The notes under the pieces are model-generated. The model saw only the letters and a list, made by a program, of their open reading frames with translations, searched no databases and was not told the origin of the DNA. This document shows, piece by piece, positions 1 to 10,280 of a stretch of 64,000 nucleotides of DNA. Every line of letters begins with the position of its first letter. The stretch's first letter is position 1. The stretch covers positions 12,308 to 76,307 of the forward strand of contig DASYCG010000116.1 in the NCBI GenBank assembly GCA_036500325.1, in the 5' to 3' direction. Both the position numbers and the translations under genes were made by a program. Origin of the DNA: Herbaspirillum sp. GTDB taxonomy: Bacteria; Pseudomonadota; Gammaproteobacteria; Burkholderiales; Burkholderiaceae_D.

Positions 1-1197
1 GGCGAACTGCTGCTGGGCGTCGGTGTGTCGATCGATCAGCATCAGGGGCCGATGAGCAATGTCGCGCCGGGCTGGAAGCTGCGCGTGTTGCTGGCGCAGG
101 CGCTGTTTTCGAATCCGGATATCCTGCTGCTCGACGAACCGACCAATAACCTGGATATCAATACCATTCGCTGGCTGGAAGATGTGCTGAATCAGCGCAA
201 TTCGACCATGATCATCATTTCGCATGATCGCCATTTCCTGAACCAGGTCTGCACCCACATGGCGGATATGGATTACGGCACGCTGAAGGTCTATCCCGGC
301 AATTACGACGAATATATGCTGGCTTCCTCGCAAGCCCGCGCGCAGCAACTGTCGGCCAATGCCAAGGCCAAGGACAAGGTTGCGGAGTTGCAGGATTTCG
401 TGCGGCGCTTTGCCGCCAACAAATCGAAAGCGCGCCAGGCGACTTCCCGCGCCAAGCAGATCGAGAAGATCAAGGTTGAGGATGTCAAACCGTCCAGCCG
501 CGCCAATCCGTTTGTGCGCTTCGACGGCGAGAAGAAGCTGCATCGGCTGGCGGTGGAAGTGCAAACCATCAGCAAAACCTACGATCATCCGATTTTCAAG
601 AATTTCAGCATCATGGTCGAGGCCGGCGAAAAAGTCGCGATCATTGGCGCCAACGGCGCCGGCAAGACAACTTTGCTGCGCAGTATCGGCGGCACCGATC
701 TGTGCAAACTTGCGCCGGATCACGGTCTGGTCAAATGGGCTGAAAATGCCAATGTCGGTTATATGCCGCAAGATCCGACCGAGGATTTTGCCAGCGATGT
801 CACGCTGACCGACTGGATGGGAAACTGGACGCAGGAAGGCGACGACGATCAGGCCGTGCGCTCGATTCTGGGCCGCCTGCTGTTCTCGGGCGACGACGTC
901 AAGAAATCCGTCAAGGTGTTGTCCGGCGGCGAAAAAGGCCGCATGACCTACGGCAAGCTGATGCTGGGCCGGCATAACGTGTTGCTGATGGACGAGCCGA
1001 CCAATCATATGGATATGGAATCGATCGAATCGCTTAATATCGCTCTTGAAAAATACGCCGGCACCCTGATTTTCGTATCGCACGACCGTGAATTCGTATC
1101 GTCGCTGGCGACGCGTATTCTGGAAGTCAAGGAAAACGAAGTGGTCGATTTCCAGGGCAGTTACGAAGATTATCTCAGCAGCCAGGGCATCGAATAA
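1..1197 (+). CDS. ABC-F family ATPase (YbiT-like), 5'-truncated by window edge
   Basis: Two ABC cassettes ([19 protein letters not shown] Walker A, LSGGEKGR signature, [11 protein letters not shown]) joined by a linker with KARQATSR; no TM domains; frame open from position 1. Confidence 0.9.
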   Translation, partial: GELLLGVGVSIDQHQGPMSNVAPGWKLRVLLAQALFSNPDILLLDEPTNNLDINTIRWLEDVLNQRNSTMIIISHDRHFLNQVCTHMADMDYGTLKVYPGNYDEYMLASSQARAQQLSANAKAKDKVAELQDFVRRFAANKSKARQATSRAKQIEKIKVEDVKPSSRANPFVRFDGEKKLHRLAVEVQTISKTYDHPIFKNFSIMVEAGEKVAIIGANGAGKTTLLRSIGGTDLCKLAPDHGLVKWAENANVGYMPQDPTEDFASDVTLTDWMGNWTQEGDDDQAVRSILGRLLFSGDDVKKSVKVLSGGEKGRMTYGKLMLGRHNVLLMDEPTNHMDMESIESLNIALEKYAGTLIFVSHDREFVSSLATRILEVKENEVVDFQGSYEDYLSSQGIE

Positions 1198-1261
1198 TCG
1201 ATAAAAGCGGTACTATTTTATCGCTTGAGATTGTCAAATCATCTGTGCCATCGCGAACACC

Positions 1262-2386
1262 ATGACGATTAAAACCATTGAATTTGAACGTCCGGCCGAC
1301 GGCGGCAGTTGTACGTCGCAGGCCTGGGCGCGGGTGCCGGCCACGCCGACTCCGGAACAGCGCCGGGACTTGAAAGAGCGTGCGCGGCAGTTGCTGAAAC
1401 AGACCGGCACCGTGCTGGTTGCGCACTATTATGTCGATGCCGATCTGCAGGATCTGGCCGAGGAAACCGGCGGCTGCGTTTCCGATTCGCTGGAAATGGC
1501 GCGTTTCGGGCGTGATCATGCGGCGCAGACGCTGGCCGTCGCGGGCGTGCGATTCATGGGCGAGACCGCCAAGATATTGAGCCCCCATAAACGCATCCTG
1601 ATGCCCGATCTGGACGCCACATGTTCGCTCGATCTGGGATGTCCGGCCGATGAGTTCAATGCATTTTGCGATGCGCATCCGGACCGCACCGTCGTGGTCT
1701 ATGCCAACACCAGTGCAGCCGTCAAAGCGCGCGCGGACTGGATGGTGACTTCATCGATCGGGCTCGATATCGTCGCCCACTTGCATGCACAGGGCAAAAA
1801 AATTCTGTGGGCGCCGGATAAGCATCTGGGCGGCTACATCCAGGAAAAAACCGGCGCCGATATGTTGTTGTGGCAAGGCTCTTGCCTTGTGCATGACGAG
1901 TTCAAGGCGGTCGAGCTGGAGCTGCTGCGACGCGAACATCCGCTGGCCAAGATTCTGGTGCATCCGGAATCGCCGGCCGCGGTAGTGGCGCTGGCCGATG
2001 CGGTCGGTTCGACTTCGCAATTGATCGCTGCCGCGCAAACCATGGATGCCGAGGAATTTATCGTCGCCACCGATAACGGCATTTTGCACAAGATGCGCAT
2101 GGCGGCGCCGGGCAAGCGTTTCATCGACGCGCCGACTGCCGGCAACAGCGCAACCTGCAAGAGCTGTGCGCATTGCCCGTGGATGGCGATGAACGGTTTG
2201 CAGAATCTGATCGATGTACTGGAATCGGGCAGCAACGAAATTCATGTCGATCCCGCTATCGCCGGCAAGGCGGTGCTGTGTATCGATCGCATGCTGGATT
2301 TTGCGGCAGAACAAAAAGCGCGCGTGCGGCCGTCCGGGGATTTGGCGCAGGAGCAGAAGTTGTTTGCCGGCATCGGGCCGGCTTGA
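1262..2386 (+). CDS. nadA: Quinolinate synthase NadA
   Basis: [40 protein letters not shown] motifs with Fe-S cysteines. Confidence 0.96.
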   Translation: MTIKTIEFERPADGGSCTSQAWARVPATPTPEQRRDLKERARQLLKQTGTVLVAHYYVDADLQDLAEETGGCVSDSLEMARFGRDHAAQTLAVAGVRFMGETAKILSPHKRILMPDLDATCSLDLGCPADEFNAFCDAHPDRTVVVYANTSAAVKARADWMVTSSIGLDIVAHLHAQGKKILWAPDKHLGGYIQEKTGADMLLWQGSCLVHDEFKAVELELLRREHPLAKILVHPESPAAVVALADAVGSTSQLIAAAQTMDAEEFIVATDNGILHKMRMAAPGKRFIDAPTAGNSATCKSCAHCPWMAMNGLQNLIDVLESGSNEIHVDPAIAGKAVLCIDRMLDFAAEQKARVRPSGDLAQEQKLFAGIGPA

Positions 2387-2389
2387 AAA

Positions 2390-3979
2390 TTACATGCCGG
2401 CGGGCGTCAGCACTGTAGGCAACGCCTCCGGCAGCAACGCCGGATAATCCAGGCTGTAATGCAGGCCGCGGCTTTCCTTGCGCGCCAGTGCGCTGTCGAC
2501 TACCAGCGACGCAACTGTCACCAGATTGCGCAATTCCAACAGATCGCGGGTAACGCGGAAATTTGCGTAGTAGTCGTCGATTTCCTGTTTCAGCAATGCG
2601 ATGCGGTGTCCGGCGCGTTGCAGCCGTTTGTCGGTGCGCACGATCCCCACGTAATTCCACATGAAGCGGCGCAACTCATCCCAGTTGTGTGAAATCACTA
2701 CTTGTTCATCGGCGTCGGTGACGCGGCTTTGATCCCACGCCTTCAATTCGGCAGGCTCACTGTGCGGCTGGCTGCGAATATGATCGGCGGCGGCGCGCCC
2801 CATGACCAGGCATTCCAGCAACGAATTACTGGCCAACCGGTTGGCGCCGTGCAGGCCGGTATAGGCAGTTTCGCCAACGGCATACAGCCCCGGCAAATCG
2901 GTGCGTCCCGTGATATCGGTCATGACGCCGCCGCAGGTGTAGTGCGCGGCCGGCACCACCGGGATTGCTTGCCTGGTCATATCGATGCCGAATTCCTTGC
3001 AGTGCGCCAGGATGGTCGGGAAATGCTCGTGCAAGAACGCCGGCGTGTGGTGCGTGATATCCAGATCGACATAATCCAGGCCGCGTTTCTTCATTTCGGA
3101 ATCGATGGCGCGGGCCACGATGTCGCGCGGCGCCAGTTCGGCGCGGCTATCGTAATCCGGCATGAAGCGCATGCCGGCATCCTTGCCGGCGCCGGCGGGC
3201 AGCCTCAGCAAGGCGCCTTCGCCGCGCAGGGCTTCGCTGATCAAAAACGATTTGGCGTAAGGGTGATACAGGCAGGTCGGGTGGAATTGAATGAATTCCA
3301 TATTGGCGACCCGGCAGCCGGCGCGCCAGGCCATCGCAATGCCGTCGCCGGTGGAAGAGTCGGGATTGGATGTGTAGAGATAAACCTTGCCCGCGCCGCC
3401 GGCAGCCAGCACCACGCGATTGCCGGCGATGCCGACCACTTCGCCGCTGGCGACGTTTTGCGCATACAGGCCGACGCACTGCGCCGCTGCGCCGCTGCCG
3501 GCACGGATCAGATCGATGGCGCAATGATGTTCGAGCAGTGTGATATTCGGATGGCTGCGGACTTGTTGTTCGAGCGTGATCTGCACCGCATGGCCGGTAT
3601 CGTCGGCGGCGTGAATGATGCGGCGTTGCGAATGGCCGCCTTCGCGGGTCAGGTGATAACCGAGTTCGGCGCTGTCGTCGGGGGTGAACGGCACGCCGCG
3701 TTCGATCAGCCAGTCGATTGCGGCGCGGCCGCCTTCGATGATGAAACGGGTCGCTGCCTCATCGCACAGGCCGGCGCCGGCGTCATGCGTATCGGCTATG
3801 TGTTGTTCGTAGCTGTCGCCCGAATCGAGCACTGCCGCGATGCCGCCCTGGGCCCAATTGCTGGCGCCGTCAAGCAGTTCGCCTTTGGAAATGACCGCGA
3901 CTTTATGCGTGGGGGCCAGATGTAATGCAACCGATAATCCGGCCAGACCGCTGCCGACAATGACGACATCGAATTTCAT
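2390..3979 (-). CDS. nadB: L-aspartate oxidase NadB
   Basis: GSGLAGL FAD motif, AQGGIAA, EGGHS, QFHPT, AHYTCGG, GLHGANRLASNSLLE, ESRGLHY. Confidence 0.96.
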   Translation of the reverse strand: MKFDVVIVGSGLAGLSVALHLAPTHKVAVISKGELLDGASNWAQGGIAAVLDSGDSYEQHIADTHDAGAGLCDEAATRFIIEGGRAAIDWLIERGVPFTPDDSAELGYHLTREGGHSQRRIIHAADDTGHAVQITLEQQVRSHPNITLLEHHCAIDLIRAGSGAAAQCVGLYAQNVASGEVVGIAGNRVVLAAGGAGKVYLYTSNPDSSTGDGIAMAWRAGCRVANMEFIQFHPTCLYHPYAKSFLISEALRGEGALLRLPAGAGKDAGMRFMPDYDSRAELAPRDIVARAIDSEMKKRGLDYVDLDITHHTPAFLHEHFPTILAHCKEFGIDMTRQAIPVVPAAHYTCGGVMTDITGRTDLPGLYAVGETAYTGLHGANRLASNSLLECLVMGRAAADHIRSQPHSEPAELKAWDQSRVTDADEQVVISHNWDELRRFMWNYVGIVRTDKRLQRAGHRIALLKQEIDDYYANFRVTRDLLELRNLVTVASLVVDSALARKESRGLHYSLDYPALLPEALPTVLTPAGM

Positions 3980-4011
3980 AGTGATGGACTTCTTTTGGGT
4001 GAGCTTATATC

Positions 4012-4041
4012 AATTTGTGACCGGTTAATTTGTGACCGGTT
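4012..4041. repeat. Perfect 15-bp tandem duplication (AATTTGTGACCGGTT x2) across the purT stop
   Basis: 4012-4026 identical to 4027-4041. Confidence 0.85.
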
Positions 4042-5233
4042 TGACCTTGGCCGCTGCGGCCTTGGCGTTGATGCGCGCCGTTTCGACATCGGCTGCTGCT
4101 GCCAGCGCAACGCCCATGCGGCGGCGCAGGAACGACTCCGGTTTGCCGAATAAACGAATATCGGTGCCGGGTATGCGCAGTGCATCGGCCACGCCTTCGA
4201 AAGCGATGGCTTTCGCGTCGAGACCGCCATAGATGACCGCGGATGCGGCCGGCGTCTTGAGGGAAACGTCGACCGGCAGGCCGAGAATGGCTTTGGCGTG
4301 CAATTCGAATTCGCTTTGCGTCTGGCTGGCCATGGTGACCATGCCGGTATCGTGCGGCCGTGGGCTGACTTCCGAAAACCAGACCATCTGATCTTTTACA
4401 AACAGCTCGACGCCGAACAAGCCCAAGCCTCCCAGGTCGCCGGTGACTTTGGCGGCGATATCGCGCGCTTTCGCCAGCGCCGCAGGATGCATCGCATGCG
4501 GCTGCCACGATTCGACATAGTCGCCTTGCACCTGGACATGGCCGATCGGTTCGCAGAAATGCGTGCCCACGGTGCCGTCGGCGTTCAGCGCGCGCACGGT
4601 CAGCAACGTGATTTCATAATCGAAATCGATAAAACCTTCGACGATCACGCGGCCGGCGTTGACGCGTCCGCCCGCTGCGGCGTAATCCCAGGCCGCGGTG
4701 ACGGCTTCTGCATTATCGATTTTCGATTGGCCTTTGCCGGACGACGACATGACCGGCTTGATGACGCAGGGAAAGCCGATTTCGCTGCAGGCGGTTTTGA
4801 GTTCTTCGAGGCTGTCGGCGAAGCGGTAAGGCGAGGTGGCCAGCGACAGCGTTTCGGCCGCCAGGCGGCGAATCCCTTCGCGATTCATGGTCAGCCAAGC
4901 TGCGCGCGCGGTCGGAATCACAGCGACTTTGCCGGCTTTTTCCAGCGCCATCAGGGTTTCGGTGGCAATCGCTTCGATCTCCGGCACTACCAGATCTGGT
5001 TGTTCCCGGGCGATCAGCGCAGCCAGTGCGGTGCCGTCGGTCATATTGATCACATGCGAACGATGCGCGACCTGATGGCCGGGGGCGTCCGCATAGCGGT
5101 CCACGGCGATGACTTCGACGCCCAGCCGTTGCAGCGCAATAATGACTTCTTTGCCCAATTCGCCGGAGCCCAGCAGCATGACTTTGACGGCGGACGATGA
5201 AAGAGGGGTACCGAGGCGGACAGGAGTTTTCAT
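4025..5233 (-). CDS. purT: Formate-dependent phosphoribosylglycinamide formyltransferase
   Basis: [46 protein letters not shown]; ATG at 5233 preferred to upstream TTG. Confidence 0.96.
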   Translation of the reverse strand: MKTPVRLGTPLSSSAVKVMLLGSGELGKEVIIALQRLGVEVIAVDRYADAPGHQVAHRSHVINMTDGTALAALIAREQPDLVVPEIEAIATETLMALEKAGKVAVIPTARAAWLTMNREGIRRLAAETLSLATSPYRFADSLEELKTACSEIGFPCVIKPVMSSSGKGQSKIDNAEAVTAAWDYAAAGGRVNAGRVIVEGFIDFDYEITLLTVRALNADGTVGTHFCEPIGHVQVQGDYVESWQPHAMHPAALAKARDIAAKVTGDLGGLGLFGVELFVKDQMVWFSEVSPRPHDTGMVTMASQTQSEFELHAKAILGLPVDVSLKTPAASAVIYGGLDAKAIAFEGVADALRIPGTDIRLFGKPESFLRRRMGVALAAAADVETARINAKAAAAKVKPVTN

Positions 5234-5308
5234 GGAAGCAGCTTGCAATAGAGCGAAGATAGCGGAGCGGCGAAGATACCAAATCCTGGCCGTTTTGCCC
5301 AGCGCTGC

Positions 5309-6634
5309 TTACATATTCATAGGGAAAGGCCGGCCATGCATGTCAGGGGCGGCATCGGCCTTGATGTTCGATTCGTGCTGGGCGCGCATGTCGGTGCCGG
5401 CCGGCCGCTGAAACAGGCGCAAGCCGAATTCGGGAACGATGGCCAGCAGATGATCGAAGATGTCGGCTTGAATGGCTTCATAGTCGGCCCAGGCGGTCGC
5501 GTTGGCAAAGCAGATTATTTCCAGAGGCAAACCTTCCGGCGTCGGCTGCAACTGCCGCACGATCACTGTCATATCCTGGCGCAGCGAGGGTCGGCTGCGT
5601 AAATAATGCGCGACGTAGCTGCGGAAAGTACCGATATTACTTATTTTTCTGGCATTCAGCGCGGATGTGCCGCGCTCGGCCAGTTTGCTGTTCCAGGCGT
5701 CCAGCTCATGCTGCTTGCCGCCGAGGTAGTCGTCCAGCAGGCTGAATGCCCGTAAGCGCAGGCATTCGGCTTCATCAATGAAACCGATGCTGTTTTGATC
5801 GATCAGCAGGGCGCGTTTGATGCGGCGTCCGCCTTGTTCCTGCATGCCGCGCCAGTTTTTGAATGTATCGCTGATCAAGCGTTTGGTCGGGATTGTGGTG
5901 ATGGTCAAATCCCAATTCTGTATTTTGACGGTATGCAATGCGATATCGATGACGGCGCCGTCGGCGTGCAATTGCGGCATCTCTATCCAGTCGCCGACGC
6001 GAATGATGCCGCTGGAGCTGATCTGTACGCTGGCTACCATCGACAGCAGCGTATCCTGGAAAATCAACATCAGCACGGCGGCCATTGCGCCGATACCGGA
6101 CAGCAGGATGAGCGGCGATCGATCGAACAGGGTTGCAATTACCAGGATTGCCGCGACGGTGTAGATAGCGATTTTTGCTATCTGCAAGTAGCCTTTGATC
6201 GGATGGTGGCGCGCGTTGGGATTGCTTCTGTAGATGATGTCCACGAGATTTAATGTCGTGACCAGCGCCAACGCAATCGTCAACACGATGGAGGCCTCGG
6301 CGATGTTTTCGATGATGGTCACACTGTCGCTGTTGAGATGCGGCACCATGCCGATGCCGCAATAGATCATCAGGATCGGCAGGATTTTGGCGACATGGCC
6401 GATCAATGCCACAAGCTGTAAATGGGTGTCGGCGCAATCGGGATGCAGGGCGCCGAGACGCTGCGGGTATGAACCGCGTGACAGCATGCGCTTGAGGATG
6501 CGGCTGGCAACCCGGTTGGCGGTCCAGGCCAATGCAATTACCAGAACAATGGAAAGCGTTGCATGCAGTTCAATGCGCGCCGTTATCCAGTCTGTGATCG
6601 CAGCAATTTCCGGCAACATGGCTAGTTCTTTCAT
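5309..6634 (-). CDS. MscS-family mechanosensitive channel (YbdG/MscM-like)
   Basis: N-terminal TM helices, FQDTLLS, IRVGDWIEMP, VKIQNWD, FKNWRGMQEQGGRRIKR. Confidence 0.9.
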   Translation of the reverse strand: MKELAMLPEIAAITDWITARIELHATLSIVLVIALAWTANRVASRILKRMLSRGSYPQRLGALHPDCADTHLQLVALIGHVAKILPILMIYCGIGMVPHLNSDSVTIIENIAEASIVLTIALALVTTLNLVDIIYRSNPNARHHPIKGYLQIAKIAIYTVAAILVIATLFDRSPLILLSGIGAMAAVLMLIFQDTLLSMVASVQISSSGIIRVGDWIEMPQLHADGAVIDIALHTVKIQNWDLTITTIPTKRLISDTFKNWRGMQEQGGRRIKRALLIDQNSIGFIDEAECLRLRAFSLLDDYLGGKQHELDAWNSKLAERGTSALNARKISNIGTFRSYVAHYLRSRPSLRQDMTVIVRQLQPTPEGLPLEIICFANATAWADYEAIQADIFDHLLAIVPEFGLRLFQRPAGTDMRAQHESNIKADAAPDMHGRPFPMNM

Positions 6635-6726
6635 TTATCAAAGAAAAAGCAAAAGTGTAGCGGTGCCGATCGCTATGATTATTCTGTTTTAATGAAATGT
6701 TTGATTAAAGATAAGCAAAAAAACGA

Positions 6727-6770
6727 AATAAAAACCGCTGCAACGGTCACCCGTTGCAGCGGTTTATTTT
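6727..6770. terminator. Intrinsic terminator downstream of the MFS gene
   Basis: AAACCGCTGCAACGG-TCAC-CCGTTGCAGCGGTTT hairpin with A/T tracts on both sides. Confidence 0.8.
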
Positions 6771-6788
6771 CACTTATTTAAAACTTAT

Positions 6789-8471
6789 TTAAACTGACGC
6801 TGTTTCCAAATTCTCTGCCGCATAAATATCGACGTCTTTCGTTTCTTTGACGAACAACATGCCGATAACGAATGTTGCCAGTGCGATGATGATCGGATAC
6901 CAGAGACCGTAATAAATATCGCCCTTATACGCTACCAGAGCGAAAGCGGTGGTCGGCAGCAAACCGCCGAACCAGCCGTTACCGATATGGTAAGGCATGG
7001 ACATCGATGTGTAGCGGATACGGGTTGGGAACATTTCCACCAGCATTGCAGCAATCGGGCCGTACACCATGGTGACGTAGAGCACCAGGATGAACAACAG
7101 CAACAGCACCATCGGTTTGTTCATCTGCGCCGGATCGGCTTTGCTAGGATAACCGGCGCTCTTGATGTCACCAGCCAGCTCGGTAGAGAAAGCCTTATCC
7201 TTGGCGGCTGCGTCTTCTTTCGACAGAGCGCTGGCATCGTAGGATGTCAGGATTTTTTCGCCGATTTTCACAGTAGCCAATGAACCGGGTGCGCCTACGG
7301 CATTTTCATAATTGACCGAAGCGGCCGACAGTTTTGCCTTCGCGATATCGCAAGAAGAGGTGAACTTCTTGGTGCCGGTAGGATTGAACTGGAATTGGCA
7401 GGTCGATGGATCTGCGGTGACGATGACCGGTGCGTTCTGCTGTGCTGCTTCCAGTGCCGGATTAGCGTAATGCGTCAGGCCCTGAAAAATCGGGAAGTAT
7501 GTCACTGCAGCAATCAGGCAGCCTGCCATGATGATCGGTTTGCGGCCGATTCTGTCGGACAGCGAGCCGAAGATCACAAAGAATGGCGTGGCGATCAATA
7601 ACGACAGCGCGATCAGGATATTGGCGGTGGCGCCGTCGACCTTGAGCGACTGCGTCAGGAAGAACAGCGAATAAAATTGACCGGTATACCAGACTACGGC
7701 CTGGCCGGCGGTCAGGCCGACCAGCGCCAGAATGACCAGCTTCATGTTTTTCCACTGGCCGAAGGCTTCGGTTAACGGCGCTTTGGAAGTCTTCCCTTCG
7801 GCTTTCATTTTGGCGAAGGCGGGCGATTCGTTCATCGACAACCGGATCCAGACCGAGACTGCCAGCAAAAGTACCGATGCCAGGAACGGAATACGCCAGC
7901 CCCAGTCGGCAAACGCCTCTTCGCCGATGGAGGTCCGCACGCCCAGAATCACCAGCAGCGACAGGAACAAGCCCAGAGTTGCCGTGGTTTGAATCCAGGA
8001 GGTGAAGGCGCCGCGTCGGTCGTCCGGCGCATGTTCGGCGACGTAGGTTGCCGCGCCACCGTATTCACCGCCTAGCGCCAGGCCTTGCAGAATACGGAGG
8101 GCGATCAGGATGACCGGCGCCGCCAGGCCTATTGAATTGTAATTGGGCAGGATACCGACGATGAATGTCGACGAGCCCATGATGACGATGGTGATCAGGA
8201 AGGTATATTTTCTTCCGATCATATCGCCGAGACGGCCGAATACCAGTGCGCCGAATGGACGCACGATAAAACCGGCCGCAAACGCCAGCAATGCAAAAAT
8301 GAAGGCGGTGTTGGGATCGGTGCCGGCAAAAAACTGCTTTGCGATAATTGCCGCCAACGAACCATACAGGTAAAAATCGTACCATTCGAACACGGTACCC
8401 AGGGAAGAAGCAAAAATGACTTTGCGTTCTCCCGAAGTAAGGCCGCGCGAGGTGCTCGGTGCTGTCGCCAT
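6789..8471 (-). CDS. MFS transporter, MHS (metabolite:H+ symporter) family
   Basis: FEWYDF, GRLGDMIGRK, GGEYGGA, ESPAF, SDRIGRK, EMFPTRIRY; large periplasmic insertion with two Cys. Confidence 0.9.
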   Translation of the reverse strand: MATAPSTSRGLTSGERKVIFASSLGTVFEWYDFYLYGSLAAIIAKQFFAGTDPNTAFIFALLAFAAGFIVRPFGALVFGRLGDMIGRKYTFLITIVIMGSSTFIVGILPNYNSIGLAAPVILIALRILQGLALGGEYGGAATYVAEHAPDDRRGAFTSWIQTTATLGLFLSLLVILGVRTSIGEEAFADWGWRIPFLASVLLLAVSVWIRLSMNESPAFAKMKAEGKTSKAPLTEAFGQWKNMKLVILALVGLTAGQAVVWYTGQFYSLFFLTQSLKVDGATANILIALSLLIATPFFVIFGSLSDRIGRKPIIMAGCLIAAVTYFPIFQGLTHYANPALEAAQQNAPVIVTADPSTCQFQFNPTGTKKFTSSCDIAKAKLSAASVNYENAVGAPGSLATVKIGEKILTSYDASALSKEDAAAKDKAFSTELAGDIKSAGYPSKADPAQMNKPMVLLLLFILVLYVTMVYGPIAAMLVEMFPTRIRYTSMSMPYHIGNGWFGGLLPTTAFALVAYKGDIYYGLWYPIIIALATFVIGMLFVKETKDVDIYAAENLETASV

Positions 8472-8565
8472 GGTATGTCTCCTAATTAATTATTTTATTA
8501 ATCTCGTGGTCGCATCGAGAACCGGCCGGGCCGTTCTTTTAGCGCCAAGCCGAGTGTGCAACCTT

Positions 8566-8606
8566 AAACTTACGCGACGCTTGCTTGAAACTTACGGAAA
8601 CTTACG
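8566..8606. promoter_or_regulatory. Three phased direct repeats AAACTTACG upstream of the MHS transporter; putative response-regulator site
   Basis: Copies at 8566, 8588 and 8598 (spacing 22 and 10 bp). Confidence 0.5.
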
Positions 8607-8817
8607 GTTAATCGACGCAGTAAGTGTTGATTTGTCGCTAAAAAGCGCGTTTTTGGCGTAATCAGGACGGGCGAGGCGCAGAGGATGGGCTTCGGGTTGG
8701 CTTCGCCTATCAAGTCCGTTGGACAACGTGTAGGGAGGACGATAAGCGCGCCGGCCGGGACGAAGTTGTGATGTCCGTTGCAGGCGGCGCGCTGCGCATT
8801 TGTTTATTGATGAAGCT

Positions 8818-9036
8818 TTATTTTTTTATAAATGGTTTTACGGGGCAGCCCGCATCATCCATTTGACCCGTGATTGTATAGGCCTGGCTCCAATTGCCCA
8901 TACTGCCGGCGAGAAACGCCATATCGCGCATGGAATCGCACCAAGCGTCATCATAAGCCGAGGCTTGCCCACTGAAGGTCAACAGACCCGTAGCCAAGAT
9001 GCCGGCCGCCAATTTGCCAAGGTTTTTTAATTGCAT
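8818..9036 (-). CDS. Small secreted two-cysteine protein A (72 aa, hypothetical)
   Basis: RBS CAGGAG shortly before ATG 9036; Sec signal MQLKNLGKLAAGILATGLLTFSGQASA; mature part C-x30-C. True start lies inside the longer 8818..9297 ORF. Confidence 0.75.
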   Translation of the reverse strand: MQLKNLGKLAAGILATGLLTFSGQASAYDDAWCDSMRDMAFLAGSMGNWSQAYTITGQMDDAGCPVKPFIKK

Positions 9037-9235
9037 GAAAAGCTCCTGAAGTTTGAGACTGAGTTGAGAGTAAAGGCCGGTGCATGTCGGTTTAGGCCGA
9101 TGCCGGAATCCGAAGCGTCCTCCTTTTTTATGAGTGCATGAACTAAGAGACACAACAGGTACAATCAATGAACTTTTTCCAATGAACTTTTTGTACGCCG
9201 ATCTTTCCCAGTCTTCCAAAATTAGCGCCTTCCTT

Positions 9236-9712
9236 ATGACCAATTCCACATCGACGGCGTCCCCGTTGTCTTTTTCCACCATTTTTCCGAAGGGCAATCC
9301 ATTTCTCGAAAGCCTCGGCGTTGAATTCGTTCGCGCCGGAGATGGCAGCGCCGAACTGGCGTTGACCTTGCGCCCTGATCATATGAACAGCTGGCATGTG
9401 ACGCATGGCGGCATATCGATGACCTTGATCGATGTCGCAATGGCATTGGCCGGACGTACTTTGTCGCCGGAGATGCAATCTTGCGTCACGGTCGATATGA
9501 GTACCCAGTTTCTGCAACCGGGCGGCAAGCCGGGCGACCGTGTAATCGTGCGCGGGAAATCGGTTCACCGGTCCAGCACGATGTGTTTTTGCGAAGCCGA
9601 GGTCTGGAACGGCAAGAATCTGGTGGCGCGCGGCACCGGTACCTTCAAATATCTGAAGCGGCTTGAAAGTGTCGGGAGAATGACGACACGCAACCGCGGC
9701 GACGATGCCTGA
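9236..9712 (+). CDS. PaaI-family hot-dog thioesterase
   Basis: NSWHVTHGG..TLID motif, TVDMSTQFLQP; start taken at ATG 9236. Confidence 0.88.
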   Translation: MTNSTSTASPLSFSTIFPKGNPFLESLGVEFVRAGDGSAELALTLRPDHMNSWHVTHGGISMTLIDVAMALAGRTLSPEMQSCVTVDMSTQFLQPGGKPGDRVIVRGKSVHRSSTMCFCEAEVWNGKNLVARGTGTFKYLKRLESVGRMTTRNRGDDA

Positions 9713-10160
9713 TACGCCATACAAGCTGGTCGTCGGCGATTGGGATGCGCTGGCAAGCGATGCCGGGGCGGTGAGACGCGAAGTGTTCGTGCTGGAACAG
9801 GAGGTTCCGCAAGAGATGGAGCTGGATGAAATGGATGTGCACTGCGTGCATGCCGTTGCCTACGACAGCGCCGGAACGGCTGTCGCCACCGGACGTTTGT
9901 TGCCGGATTCGCACATCGGCCGCATGGCGGTCCGCAAGCCGGCGCGCGGCAGCGGTATCGGTAGCGCGTTACTGACGCTGCTGATGCAAACAGCGCAACA
10001 GCGCGGCGATGCCGAGGTTATTCTGAGTGCGCAAATACACGCTGAGCCTTTTTATCTGCGCCATGGCTTTGTTCGCGAAGGGGCGGAATATAGGGAGGCG
10101 GGTATTGCGCACGTCATGATGCGCTTTCGTTTTAAGGAAGCTCTGATTAAGCGTACCTGA
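9705..10160 (+). CDS. GNAT N-acetyltransferase (ElaA/YjcF-like)
   Basis: VRREVFVLEQ, IGRMAV..ARGSGIG, LSAQ..A..FY..HGF, EAGIAH; overlaps the thioesterase stop. Confidence 0.88.
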   Translation: MPDTPYKLVVGDWDALASDAGAVRREVFVLEQEVPQEMELDEMDVHCVHAVAYDSAGTAVATGRLLPDSHIGRMAVRKPARGSGIGSALLTLLMQTAQQRGDAEVILSAQIHAEPFYLRHGFVREGAEYREAGIAHVMMRFRFKEALIKRT

Positions 10161-10280
10161 CGGCCCAATCTACGGATCGCGATGCTCGTCGTACTAAAGT
10201 ACGGTTCCGCGTCTTGATCCATAGCTTGAACCGCCAGCTACGCTTGCTCAGAACTTCCTGACTTAATCATCAGAGATTCT
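10136..10280. mobile_element. Palindromic MITE-like element 1 with IS5-like termini, flanked by TTAA
   Basis: TTAA at 10132-10135 and 10281-10284; left end GGAAGCTCTGATTAAG; 50-bp imperfect inverted arms (10136-10185 vs 10209-10258, 38/50 matches) around a CGTACT-AA-AGTACG hairpin; second right-end copy at 10262-10280. Confidence 0.65.

Noticed and set aside
9037-9297. N-terminal extension of the 8818..9297 ORF (similarly extended calls for ppsR, M15 peptidase, tatD, FKBP, propeller and deacetylase)
   Set aside because: Extensions overlap neighbouring genes or promoters; internal ATGs match RBS, signal peptides or family N-termini
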